Source: Bugula neritina (Eukaryota > Animalia > Bryozoa). From it: a stretch of 64,000 bases of DNA. The translations under genes and the position numbers were made by a program. The notes beneath the pieces are model-generated. The model saw only the letters and a list, made by a program, of their open reading frames with translations, had not been told where the DNA came from and ran no database searches. Positions within the stretch are counted from its first letter, which is position 1. Every line of letters starts with the position of its first letter. The stretch spans positions 19,456,767 to 19,520,766 of the forward strand of contig OZ037766.1 in the NCBI GenBank assembly GCA_964035545.1. The letters are read 5' to 3'. Positions 1 to 13,800 of the stretch are shown here, one piece after another.

Positions 1-939
1 TGTGTAAAAGAGACTGTGAGGGTGGCTGACCATGAGAAACCCTTTTTGGTATTTAGTCATTGTTAAGCAAAGTTGAATGCAGTTTTGCTGTTTAGGGCAG
101 TCAGGTTAAATGTATTCAATAACTAGAACCAACATACAATGACCTAGTTGTTGGGGCAAGCTTTTACAATTTACACTGACAGTTCACCAAAGGCCAGGTC
201 ACATGGAAACAATAAGTAAAAAATATCAATGCAGTTTTGTTTAGCTTGATTGCAGTTGCACACTGAGCAAAAGTGGAACTGCAACAAATCAAAATCTTGC
301 AAATATTTTTCAAAATACATTGTGAAATTGCAAATATGCACATAGCAACAAACTCTTTTAACCAATAACCTAAAACACATTATTTACGAGGAGGGAAACT
401 TTAAAAAAAGTGAAAGATCATCTCCAAAACAGTCCTAAAATATTTTATAAACTGATTAGAAGAATATTTATTTAATCCTTATTATAGATGAAGGTTTCTT
501 GTAGTAAATTTGATTGCATAATAGTAATTAATAAATGTAAAACTGTAACAAAATTTTTATTACTATGACTAAAAATTTGCATATTTCTTTAAATATTAAA
601 AGATGTATTACAGATTTATGTTAATGCATCAACATGTGATTAGCTGAAAAAAAGTTGCCAGAAAATGAGCCAGATTGAGTAGGTTATGGTTAAGATTAGA
701 AAAGAAAATAGCTATGTTGTGCTATAAATAAAATTTGTATTGTTATACTCAATCAGGTTGAATAAATTTGTGATTATCAAATCCAATTACTTTTATAAAT
801 AATTTAATCTACCATGACAATACAGCATTTGACTTCCGCAATCAGAGTAATCTTGATCCTATATTTAAGTTGTTAGTATCATAATTCATTTTATAAATGT
901 TAATACTAGTTATTGTTAAAAATATTTCATTTAAATTTA

Positions 940-1830
940 ACTCATTAATTAAAACAATAAATAGTCAAATCTCATGATTAATTATAATGATTATTATAAT
1001 GATAATTACAATTATATCATAATGATATTATAGTTATCATTTTGATTATAATTATTTCACACAATTACCTATTGACATATATGATACATCTATTAGTATT
1101 ACTATTAGGCTAGTACTTCAATTTACTATGACATGACTGTATCACCAAACACTATAACTATGGCTCTCACTACCAATATGAGTATGAGTACAAATAATTG
1201 TAAATCACTAAATGTAACCAGATATTGATATAGATAATATTTATATAATTATATTGTTATACTCATTACATTATCAAATTCAATATCATTATTATTATAA
1301 TTATGACTAAGATTACATTACCCAACTCTTACAGTTATAGTGATCACCTTACATGACAGCATTAGCCCTATAGCTATACGAATAGTACTACTTATAGTTA
1401 TACTTATAATGTATACAATAATACATTAACTTATACTGCAAGTGGGAGTCAAAGTGTATAACTAATAGTAATGGTAATATTATTATTAAAAGTACTAGTA
1501 TAGGTTATACAGTTTTAGTTCAACTTTATGTTATGGCTTATAACCTACAAATAATACACTTACAAGTTGAAGTAAATATTATTCAATAGTTATTTATAGT
1601 CATATTAAATCTAATAGCAATATTAATACTAATATATTAACTATAACTTTAAGATAATTTATTAATAGTATTACTCACTTATACAATACAGTTATTTTAC
1701 AATTCTACTATTAGTATTACTATAAATTTTGATTTACTAATTAATAATAGTAAATCAAAAGGCGTTAGTTATTACTATGTCTATAAGCATAACTATAATT
1801 TAAAATATTATATTTATTAACTATAATTAT
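940..1830. repeat. Degenerate AT-rich triplet (AGT/ACT/AAT) low-complexity tract
   Basis: Runs of tat/act/agt/aat; no credible ORF. Confidence 0.7.
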
Positions 1831-1834
1831 TGTA

Positions 1835-3507
1835 ATTATAGCTGGAAAAATCTTGGCAAGGATACTATCTAAGAGACTTTTTTATGTTGCAGAAGATATT
1901 CTTCCAGAGTCACAATGCCGATTCCATACCGGGAGGGGTACAGTAGACACGTTTTTGTCTCAAGGCAAATATAGGAAAAATGCAGTGAACGACACTAAAA
2001 TTTCTATATGGCCTTCATTGACCATACCAAGGCATTTAATACCGTTAAGAAATCGCTATGAAGTATAATCGGGAAGATTGGCTGTCCTTCAAAATTCGTA
2101 ACCATAGTTCATCTTCTGCATGATGAAATGACGGCCTCGGTTCTAGTTGATAGTCAGATATCTGAATCCTTCAAGGTGCAAACTGGTGTCAAACAAGACC
2201 GTGTAATTGCGCCAACACTGTTCTCCAGATACTTATTCGCTGTGCTCTACCTTGTGAAGCTTGAATTACCATTAGGCATAGGATTGAACTACCGTATTGG
2301 TGACTTGTTCAATTTACAAAGACTCCGAGTGAAGATATTAACATCAACAACTTCTGACAACAATGTTCTTGTGACTGACTCAGAGGAACAACTCCAGATT
2401 GCTATGACTGCTTTTGAGAAGGCTTATAATGCTTTTGGATTGAAGCTAAATGCTAAAAAGACCCAGGTTTTATGTCAACCAAAACCAAGAAAGCACTTAG
2501 ACCTACATTACTAAAAAACTCACGCAAGTTTATAGTCACTATCCCTGTGACAAACCCCTGATAGAAAGGGTTTTTATTAAAGCGGGCTAAAGACTTATTT
2601 AAATGAGGCACAGGAGCAATTATGACTGGATGCTCTTCCTAACATCACCAATGGCCTTTGCCAGGGCTCGAATCCATGACTTTCGTGTTTACTAGGCAAA
2701 CGCTCTAACCCCTAGACCACAGCTGCTCCCCTACATTGTATTACTGCTGGTGGCAAAATACTATGTGTGGTTGATGCATCTGTAGCCACCTATCTTCAAA
2801 GGCAGATTTAGGAAGAGAGATCGACAGATGGTTTCAGGCTGCCAGCATTGGTCTCAGCAAATTGAGGTGAGTATTTGACAACAACGATCTATAAATGACT
2901 ACAAAACTAAAGGTTTATAAAGTGATCAGTATTCCAACACTACTCTATGCCTCAGAAGCTTGGACCACCTACAGTATGGATATTAAAAATCTGGAAGATT
3001 ATCTTATGAGGAGTTACAAGGTCCCTCGAAAATCAAATGGACCAATAAGTGCAAAAACTTTGATGGGCCGGAGATTTGGTCAGAATAAACAACAAACATA
3101 TACCGAAGCAAACCCTCTACAGTCTACAGAAAGATGCAAAATTGAAAGAGATCCCAAGGTCGACAGATGAAGCGCTTCAAGGATTGTCTCAAAGACAGCT
3201 TGAAGCACCGCCATATCAGAACTAAACCTGGAAATGGAATGCTACCAGAAGGACCAGCTGGCGATCTATGCTACATAGTACATAGTGATAGTGGTGTGCA
3301 GATTTTTGAAGACGAGAGACACAGAGAAAAACTAAGAGCAAGAAGAAAGGCTAGGCTCAACTCAACAGACACTCAGGTGAATGATGACCTCTCATGCCAA
3401 CAGTGTGAGTGTGACCACATATGCAGGTCACGGATTGGATTCTGGAGCCATCTAATAACTTGCAAGCAGACATCGTACTCTATCTAGAGGGTTTGCTAAG
3501 ACTAAAG
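1835..3507 (+). mobile_element. 5'-truncated, decayed RTE-clade LINE (reverse transcriptase and C-terminal Zn-knuckle region)
   Basis: Frameshifted ORF pieces: GKILARIL..ILPESQCRF..GRGTVD, TGVKQDRVIAPTLFS, GLKLNAKKTQV, TKLKVYKVISIPTLLYASEAWT, KRFKDCLKDSLK, CQQCECDHICRSRIGFWSH; all typical of RTE-clade ORFs. Interrupted by a SINE at 2513-2730. Confidence 0.9.
2513..2730 (-). mobile_element. tRNA-derived SINE inserted in the RTE LINE
   Basis: Reverse complement of the copy at 44022-44225; flanked by near-duplicated cctacatt. Confidence 0.85.
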
Positions 3508-4005
3508 AATACCAATATATTAACTTTAACTTTAAGATAATTTATGAATAGTATTAGTATAACTTTAAGTATTACTGACTTATAATTATACAATAATACA
3601 GTTAGTGCTATTACAATTTTACTACTACTAGTAGTAGTACTACTACTAATACTATTACTATTAGTATTACTACTACTAGTAGTAGTAGTAGTAGTAGTAC
3701 TACTACTATACATTTTGATTTACTACTAAATACTAAATAGTAAATAGCTATACTTATACTTATAGTTAAAGTTATAGTAGTAAATTAAAACGTATTGCTA
3801 TTAGTATTACTGTATTAGTAATAGTATAAATACAATACTAATAGTAATAGTAATAATATCAGTATAAGTATCACTATGACTATTTAATATTAATATTATT
3901 AATATTATATTTATTATTTATTAATAAATAATTATATTTATATTAATATATTATTATAATTAATAATATAAATATGACTATGAGTATCAGTATCAGTATG
4001 AGTAT
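3508..4005. repeat. Degenerate AT-rich triplet tract including (CTA)n/(GTA)n microsatellite
   Basis: actactacta/gtagtagta runs at 3620-3710. Confidence 0.75.
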
Positions 4006-4288
4006 GGCACATGTGACATTGGCAGCTAATAAATAATAATAGGCTCTGCATTCTAGTGTTTATACTGTTGCCGACCTAAATGTTAATCACTTGTTACACT
4101 TAATGTGAGGTGAAAAATAAACGTGGTGGTAAGTTGTAACTTGGTCAATCCACGCCTCAAACTAATGCTTCGTTCAGTGGGTTTACCTCAATCCTTAAAT
4201 CATCACCTGCTGCAAACTATGTAGTTCCGCAATTAAGAAAAGATAACTCCGTAAACAAGTTAACACTTTTCCGTCTTCATATTATTTT

Positions 4289-4327
4289 CATTGAACTATA
4301 ACCTATAGTTATAGTTTCAGTTCAGTG
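4289..4327. mobile_element. Ultra-short hAT-like MITE (same family as 20619-20653)
   Basis: cattgaactata...tatagtttcagttcagtg with degenerate 8-bp flanks attatttt/aatattct. Confidence 0.6.
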
Positions 4328-4774
4328 AATATTCTATTCACTACTGGTTTATAATTTAGTATGTTCTACTTCTTTTTTCGAATTCAAAGCAAAAATCGCA
4401 TTGGTGAAAATTATAAAAGCTTCATGTGACTAAATGTAAAAGGCTGATAAAATAAGCAATCATTATTGCAATACTCATTTCAATTTGGCGTGGGATATGA
4501 ATGAAATTTTAGGACCCCGACCATTGAAACAACTATAATACATGTACACTTTTGACCCCGTCAATGATGGCCACATCGCTTCAGTTTGTCTTCATTACAT
4601 ATTGGCGCGTTTTTGCGTAGAGGTATGTGGTTTAGCAGTTTATTGAATTTATATCTTAAAACAACAATATTGATATTTTTCTCATTAAAATATTGCTATA
4701 AATTTTACTAAATTTTTTCAAGATATTTTTATAAAAACTAACTGCTAATAGCAATGTCAGCTCCGTGAGTCAAC

Positions 4775-4787
4775 GTTACTTAGCAAC
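4775..4787 (+). promoter_or_regulatory. Candidate RFX X-box in the putative promoter of the IF/lamin-tail gene
   Basis: GTTACTTAGCAAC is a near match to GTNRCC-N(0-3)-RGYAAC; lies in a CpG-richer island (about 4010-4990) with nearby splice-donor-like sites. Confidence 0.45.
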
Positions 4788-5189
4788 CAAATGGGAACAT
4801 ATTCCTATTACAGACGGTGACTAGTTGGTAAAATATTTTTATTTCAGTAAAATTAAGCTGGTTCGTGCTATCTTTTGCATAAATCTAACATGTTTCTAGT
4901 TTATTTATATAGTATAAAATTGCTAAGCATAGCAGTACCTCAACTTGTAAATGACTATGCTATAGTGATTACAAAGATAAACTCGTAATGAATATTATTA
5001 TTATAATTATGATAATGATTATTTTATTGGTGTTAATATTAATAATATTTATATTATACGCAGAGTTAATAAAATTAAATACATATAATTATAATGGTGA
5101 CCGTAATGATCATCACAATCACAATTATTACTGATAACTAAGAACTGCTAAGAGTATCAATAAGTAGTAACTGTAAGTACTATGAGTAT

Positions 5190-7533
5190 TGTAGTTTCGT
5201 GAATTACGACTACTTGCAGGTATTATTGTATGTGATTGATTACTGCATCATTAGCGAGGTTATAACAGAACCGAACGTGTTGATTAAATGCGATATAATT
5301 ATATTAGTTACAAAAGATACAAAGCAAAATAGGTTACATCAGTTGATAAAATAACAAGAGTTACAGCATTGCATTAGTTACTATCCAGTTCCTAGCAGTT
5401 CCTGACGTGGACTCGTAAGTGCCGCAGGTGGGGCAGCTGGAGTTGAAGATCCAGCTCTGGTTCTTCCTCCATCCTCAATAATGGAACCTTTTTCTGCCAT
5501 AGGGGTTCTCACTTCCGGACCTGGGTCAGGTTCCAGAAGTGACGGTATTGGGGCTGGAGCAGGAGGCGGCGGACTCACCTCCGGCGGGAGAGGTGGTTGC
5601 TCGTCGTCTCTTACTAGGTCCCTGTCTCGCTGCACTACCACCTCATACTCAGGTCCGTGCCGTAGCCGCCCTCGCGTTGCCGTCTGCCTCCTGGGCTTGA
5701 GCAACGGGGGTGCTTCTCCTACCGCATCGGGGCTAGCCCTATACGGTTTTAAGCGAGCCTCATTCTGGATTTACACCTGTCCTGAACGCTCAACCTTGTA
5801 CGTATGATTGGGCATAGCCTCGACTACCAAGTAGGGTCCTACAAACTTGGGCTGTAGTTTAGCCGCTTGTCCGCGACGCCTGCGGTAGTTGGCTATTCAG
5901 ACCCAGTCCCCCACCTGATAGAGGGGAGGCTCATCGGAGTCTTCAGTCTACACCTGCCATTGCTTCTCGCGAAGCATATCATGTGCAGCCCTCATACGTT
6001 CTACCAACTCCCCCACATACTCATGTACAGGATTATCGTGTAGGAAACATAGTAGGTTCGATGGTCGGGGACCCGGGTCTCTCGACCGAGCATCAAGAGG
6101 TTGGGAGTTTTACCAGTACTGGTGTGTGGGGTGCTGCGCAAAGTCTGGTATGCACTGCCGATAGTACCCTACTAGGCCCAAGAATGCTCGGAGTCCAGTC
6201 AAATCCTGGGGGGTGACCTGGTCTTCCACTGCCCGTACCTTCTCAGGATCCGTCGCCACGCCGTTTCGGCTGACGACGTGCCTCAGGTACTTAGCCTCCG
6301 GCTGTAATAAAGAGCATTTGGAGGGTTTCAGTTTCAGACCGGCATCTCTGAGTCGTTCAAAAACCTTCTTTAGACGGCTGACATGAGTCGCGAAGTCTCG
6401 GGAGATTACGATGACGGCATTGAGGTTAATGAGCAGTGTCTTCCAGTGTTCCATAAGTCTTTGAAGAGTGGTCGGGGCAAAGGTCAACCCGAACGGCAGC
6501 ACCTTCCACTTCCAGAGCCTGTCCTGCATTATAAACGCAGCCTTATCTTGAGCATCAGGGCTAAGGGGAACCTGCCAGTGCTCGCTAAGCAAGTCTAATG
6601 TACTGAAGTACTTGCTACCGGCCAGGGCGTCCAGAGACTCATCAATGCGAAAAAGAAGGTAGGCGTCCTGTATGGTCACGCTATTGAGCTTGCAGTAATC
6701 TACACAGAACTGCCAACTTCCGTCTTTTTTTCGGACCAGTATGACCAGCGAGCTCTACGCACTGTGTGCTGGCTCTATGAGGCTGCGGTCCAGAAGATCC
6801 TCTTTGAGTTGGCTGACAATAAACGTCTCCCAAATAGCCTGATCCCGGACACATCCTGTCAACTCAACTATACCATAGAAAGGGACACACGACCCATCCG
6901 CCAACGCACGGTGTTCCCCATTGCATGAAACCAGTTCAGCCTTATCTTTAGCGCTGAGGGTGTCAAAGAGCTGGCGGCTTAGGAGGTTCGTGGTACACCC
7001 TGAATCCAACAGGAAGGTGACAGTTTTACCGGCTACCTTGCCTGGTAAGAAGTAGCAGTTCCCGTGAGGTTGTACGTGCACTCCCCTAGTGCGCTCTGTC
7101 TTTGCAGGAGACACCTCATTCGCTTTGAGTTTCGGCTGAAGTAGCCTGCGGCGTTTGTGAACAGGTCTTCGAAGGGGAGGAAGCATTCCACCAGACGCTA
7201 GGTCATTAGCGAGGTTATAACAGAACCGAACTTGTTGATTAGATGCGATATATTTATATTAGTTACAAAAGATACAAAGCAAAATAGGTTACATCAGTTG
7301 ATAAAATAACAAGAGTTGCAACTTTACATTAGTTACTATCCAGTTAATAGCATGGTCCTCTGTCTGCTGTAGGTGCCGGCAGGCGCTGTTTATAAATGCT
7401 AGGTCAACCCTCATTGGTTGATCTCCCCACATGTTATGGTCAGTGTTAATTGGCGGGTAGATCCACAGTGTTATTCATCAACTCACGTTGCCTGCCGCAT
7501 GTGAAGTGGGAAGACTGGGATAGAAACGTTATA
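5190..7533 (-). mobile_element. Internally deleted Ty3/Gypsy LTR retrotransposon (protease-RT-partial integrase)
   Basis: Protease FLLDSGCTTNL (6755-7186); RT YFSTLDLLS..WQV..LPFGL..APTT..GLKLKPSKC..LRAFLGLVGYYR (6110-6750); integrase C-terminus KLQPKFVGPY (about 5830-5860); 143-bp direct repeats at 5248-5390 and 7203-7345; gag and RNase H missing. Confidence 0.92.
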
Positions 7534-9131
7534 ACTGATTATAACTATAAACTATATGTTAAGCAGGAGACAGGGATGCTCCCACTTCTGCTAGCCATTA
7601 CAGTATGTCTAATATTTATATTATTATTAGACTTGATAAATATAATAGTATAACTATAAGTATAACTATGTGTATAACTATATTCCTATTGATGTAATCA
7701 TTTAATTTTAATGATGTGTAATACTTATACTAATAACAATATGTGACATGATAAAAAGGCGTATTTATTGTTGCCTGTGTCACTAGAAACCACAGTCCGA
7801 ATTCTGCATATACTGCCTATATGTGGAATTGAAAATGTGGCTTTCAGTAATATGGGTCATTTGTTTCTGACAAAGATATTACAGAAACATAATTATGTCA
7901 AAATCCGGAAAATCTAGGCAAGCTTTAACAGCACAGCAATACATGCTCAACCCAAAGAAGGGCTAAAAAGGTGGCTCAAAACTCATTTTCTCTATTCCTG
8001 CTAAACAAAGCTTTCATTTTCTCTACAAGAAGATACGACGATCAAGCTAAGTTTACTCTGAACCACTTGGGCAGCACGGTGGCATTTTGGACTGAGCTCA
8101 TTTTCGACCATGCTGCTTACCAGGCTCTCTATTCTTCGTGCTGTTTTGACATATAAAAAATTAGAATCATTGATGTCAAAAAACGATCAAAAAGAAAGTA
8201 TCTATATATTCGACCAACACTGACTCATCATATTATTGTGTTAAATGAGTTCTCACTTGCTTCTTGTGCATCGGGCTAATTAGCCACCTTAACATGCTTG
8301 TAAAAAAACTCATGTGTATTTCACATACATTAGCACCTTTTCTCCTTTACATTTTGGAGACTACATTTTTTGTTTATGTACTTTCGTTTATCTTTGTTTC
8401 AGGTTTAGTTCTTATGCGCACTTTTCTCTAATCTATTTTCGGTTATGAAGTTTTGTTTTGCTACTCCTACTAGTAGTTTCCTTGCATGCCAGGAGTCATT
8501 GAAATAACTCTTTTGGCATTACATCAACCTAGGGAATGAGCTTAACATAGGCTAACAATCATAAGTTTTTATCCATATAGAAATAAATCACAATAGACAA
8601 TGGTTTGACGTATTGCCTACTTTTTATATTTTTATATATTATTACATTAATCAAGGGTACACATTATTTTATAAGTGCTGCTAATGTAGGCAGTTTTCAT
8701 TAAAATTTTGCAAAATAAAAGAAGTACATCCTTGACTTCTATTACTGCTATTGAGAAAGTATCTTTAAACTTTACATTTCTATTTACTTGCAAAATGCTT
8801 TTCTTTTTCAAGACTAAATAACTTTTAGCAGTTAGTTTAGGCTTTCAAGTGAAAGTTAGAAAAGATTAAGTTGGCACTCTCATTTGTTGAATATTCTCTC
8901 AAATTTGAATTTTGCTGAAGGATTTTTTTACTTAACCAAAACATTGTTTAGGACATTCTTACGTATAAATCATTGCAATATTACGAATTTTACAAAATTT
9001 GAAATTAATTTTCATGAACATATTGCTGAAGCCGTATAGTTTTAATAGTGATGTACTTAATTTAACCTAATATTGTAGAGGCACAACTGGAAGTATTTTA
9101 ATAATTTAATGTAAAGCCTAAATTAAAAACA

Positions 9132-10773
9132 ATGATGGAGCCAACAGGAATCACAATGACTAGCTTTAGCACTGAGGCTAATGAGTCTGAGTTCAAAGAA
9201 TTGTCAGGTAGACTCTATGCATACATCAAGAAAATGAGAGAATTGAGGAATGGTGCTCCACAATTGGACTCTCATAATTTCTTCAAGGTGAAGCTGAGGC
9301 TGTAACACACTGATTTATAATACCATCTTTCTAATAATTTATAACTGGTGTTCTTTGTTTTTACAATATGGCAACTATACACTTTTATTGAGATAATTTT
9401 TTTTATTTGCTAATTCTTGACATATGTAAAAAATTTGAAAATTCACAGTCTTATTGCATTTCACCCATGTAAAGTTTTAGCTTATTTCATGGCTGCTTGA
9501 TATACTGGAAAATGCTAAATTGTTGTGTTTTTCACTAATTATATCCTATGGTGCATTATAGAAATATTAACCTGCTAAAACTGCATTTCTGATGAAAATG
9601 TGTCCTATTATAGTCTCAAATGTTTTCAAATGTTGTGTTCAATGTTGCCGACTTGTTGCATTCAAATGACAGTGGATATTAAATTTTTTTCTTTGTTTGC
9701 AATAATTGTAGTCTGTTGATTCTATGGAAAGGGAAATGGTTAATCTCAAAACATTGTATGAAAAGGAAATAATGAGGCTGAGGCAGCAATGTGAAGAAAT
9801 GAACAGGCAGCGATATCAACTTGAGCTTCAAAATAATAAGTTAGAAGTTAGTGCATCAGAACTGCAATCCCAGTAAGTTTGATTTATGATCATATAAAAG
9901 GGTTTCTAGTACACTGCATTGTTTTATTATATCTGATATATTGTATTTGTTGCAACGAGATAGACCATTATTATATTAACAGATTTTCACAGTATATATT
10001 TCATTATTCATGTTTCAAGGTTTGCAGCTGAAACACAGAAGAGCAATAGTTTGAGTGTGGAGTTAACAACCCTCCAAAAGGAATACTATGCTAAGGAGGA
10101 AGAGTATCAGAAATCAATGAGAGAAGTTGTTGCTTCTGCTTCTGGCCAGATGGAAGTCAATGCAGCCAATAGGAAGCTAGATCAAACTTTGAGAGAAAAC
10201 ATGGATCTTCATAGACGGTAAGCTGCCATACCCTACACAGGTAATGATCATATAAAACTGTGATATGTAGAAAAAAGATACTCAAATCTGTCATACTTTT
10301 TAATAGAGGTGATAATTAAACAGACCTAATAAAAATTATAGTAACAGGCATAATAACAGAGTGTTAGCTAGTTAGATAATTATTTTGTTATATGACTATC
10401 ATTTTCAAAGAATATTAATAAAAGTAGCCAATCATAGAAACTAATGTTGAGCTAAAACATAACTTGATTAAATTTTGCTGAAAACTTGGTTTTAATGATT
10501 ATGAAATGATTGAAATTTTTGTGATCAAAATGTCGAAGTAAATTTTAAAATTATAAATAGCAAATATTTATTTGGGAAATGGGGCAATTCAAAAAATGGC
10601 TGTTTTAAAGTTTTACCTTAATGATAGCATACATACTTACATATGTTTTCAGATACACTCAACAATTAGGAAGGTAAATTGTGTTGTAGTTCCACCAGAC
10701 TTGAACATTCCTCTCCATGTTTACATAATGTTTTCTTACCTACTAGCCTGAACCCTTGTTACTTATATATATG

Positions 10774-10804
<31 letters not shown>

Positions 10805-13800
10805 GTATGTATATATATATAATGTATTCAAAATTGAGATATTTATAATGATTCCAAATGATATCCTGGGTAACATCTACTCTATTATCATATTGTTTGC
10901 ATGTTTGTCTTTTTACTGTTTCAGGTATGAAGCTGAGCTGCTGTTGCGTCAAGAACATGAAGAAAAAGTCCAACAACTGCAAGAGCAAATGAATTTCAAC
11001 TTGAATGTCAACAAGCAGCAGCAGCAGGATTTGCAGGTCAGACAGACTTGCTACTCATGTGCATTGTAGTTGTATTCTTCAAATACTATTAATGACTTTG
11101 GATTTACTGAGAGAAGTGACCACCGCATAATTTTAAAAAGATGTATAATGAACTACTTTTGCGTTACAAAATTGCAAACACAGTTGATTTTTTAACAAAA
11201 TCTCACCTATGCTTAAAAACCACATGGTTTTTTGAAAACCATGTGGTATTTTGAGAACCATGTGGTATTTTGAGAACCATGTGGCATCTTGACAAGCACA
11301 TGTTACCTTACAAGCTATGTCAAAATATTTGGATAGCGGTGAGCAATTTAGTTACTGCATGATGTTTTGCATATCCATATAACAATGCTTCACCTCTGCA
11401 ATAGATTACTTCACAAAAAGATGTTTATTTCATTTTGTTAATAACTTTAGTTACCAGAAACATGTGACTGCACATCCTTCGTACAATTGTAGCTGTAGTC
11501 ATGATTACCGAATCCTTTCTGCATCGTTATGAGTTTTCTCCCTTTTTTATCTTGAAAGAGTTGTTGTTTGATTTTACAGCTTTCTTTGCCTGATTGCATC
11601 TTTATTTACAGAAAAGTGTCTTGTCTTTTCTAAAGCCAGTTGTTTTTATTTTACCAGGAGCGTTTGGCTGCGGCCAATTCTGCTATACTAAGCTTGGAGA
11701 GTAAAGTGAGAGTTCTCAACCGCCCCGACTCAGAAACTAATGTTGGTGAAATGCTGGCAAATATCAAAGCCGCTGCGGAAAGAGACATTCAGCGATATAA
11801 AGAAGAGGCTGAGGCTATGTTTGCTAAGAATGTGGGTACTTGGTTAAGCGTATATCTATACCTAGTGTAAATCATGCTAATCTAAGCACTGGAGACCTAG
11901 CAGCATTACACATACAGACTGACTAGGAACTCAATTATGATTATAAAATAGTTTTATCCTCATACTATTTAATGAAGGTCATTCAACCTGAATGGACCAT
12001 ATGACTGCCTTAGTAAAGTTGTCTTTGATACTAGCCATGTTGTATATCTGTAGCAGTATATACTAGCCATGTTGTATATCTGTAGCAGTATATACTAGCC
12101 ATGTTGTATATCTGTAGCAGTATGTACTAGCCATGTTGTATATCTGTAGCAGTATATACTAGCCCATGTTGTATGACTGTAGTACTCTGATGAGCTCAGG
12201 TGAACTTTGCCTTTGTAGCAAGACAGAGTTCACCTGTATTAATTGTAACTATATAATTTGACTATGATACTTTTTTCATTGTTATATAGTATTGGAAATG
12301 TTTACGTTACTTTTAAGCATAGGTTTACAATACTTTCACACTATTATTGTTGACAATAATAAAACATGCTCTAGTAATTGATAGTCTAAAAATAGGTAGT
12401 AAAAAGTGTTTTGTTTCAACGATGGCTTATTTTTCTACTTGAATAAAAGTTATCAGGTGTAGAAATATATTCAAATTTAATTGGCTTTTATCTTTTATTA
12501 TTTTACTAAAAAGACTGATATTTTTTACATCTCTTTACAATAAGTCATGGGTTCCACATATCACACTTTTTCTACAAACTGCACTTCGATACTTGTGTTG
12601 CTTCAACTATACATTCCTATTAAAAGCTTCTGGCAACAAATTCTTTCTACATGCAATTTTACAACTTTACTCATAATTTGTTAGTTAACCATTTTACTAT
12701 CATTAGACAGCTTTGGGGTTACATTCTGAACAATGGCAACTGTTTGTTAAATACAGTTGGTGACTAAATATTAGAAAACCTGGGCTCTAAAATTTATCTG
12801 ATGCTCTCCGTGTTGCAAAACCAGCTAACATTGTTTGCAGGTATCCATGTTGCAAGCTCAAATGACTGCTGATAAAAGAGCAATAGAGTCTCTCACAGAA
12901 GAAAATCAACAACTTCAAACTAATGTTGAAGATCTGAGAGCACAAGCTAGAAATCTACAAGGGGAGGTAATTGTTCGTTTGCTGATTTTACTACTAACAT
13001 GTCATAACACTATGTATTCATTACAAACTATAGATACAATGAGTTTTTTCTGGGAAACAGTATTACTATATCTATTACTTTTGTAGATGACGCATGTACT
13101 GCAAATGAAGCGAAATGCTGAAGATAGCATAAACTCAGAAAGAGAGAGGTCATCTAAGCATATCCGGGTTATGGAAAGTATGCTTGTTAATATATGCTTA
13201 CATGTATTTACTTAATGACACTAATTATCACCTAGCATAAAATAGCAGCCTTTGGTCATTATATACTACACATCACTCAAGCAATAGTTTGACCACTTTA
13301 AGAATTCAAATGCTAAAAATGTACAATATATATCAATTAAAAAGTACTCAATACCTGTCAATGATAAAAATTGTAAAGCAAATTTAAACTTGTCCGGCTA
13401 AATTGTATTCCTTGAAACTAATTGAAATATATTTTTGAAATCCTATTTTGTTATTTAAAATACGTAGCGTTAAAGTAGTTCTGTTAGTGTTTTAATTGGT
13501 CATTCAATCATTGTTCAGGCCACTAGGCAAGGCAACTGAAAATACTAGTTCAAACATGGATGTACCTTGATGTTAGAACATTAAAATGTAAAATTAACTA
13601 TGCTGTGTAAAATGGTATGTCCACACACTAATACAATAAAGAAACACAGGTCAAATATATTGCTTTTTTATATATTGTATATAAAATACTTTACAGATAG
13701 GAGCTCAGAGGTTGAACAATAATATTAGTGAACTGATATTTACTATTGGAGTCTAATGGTTCACATTTTCTTTTCATTACTGACTGTCTCATAATTTTAT

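Noticed and set aside
5481-6216. Plus-strand GC-rich ORFs
   Set aside because: Antisense to the Gypsy pol sequence
12029-12184. Regular 32-bp repeats resembling a CRISPR array
   Set aside because: Head-to-tail units with no unique spacers, eukaryotic intron, no cas genes; the same applies to 60320-60725
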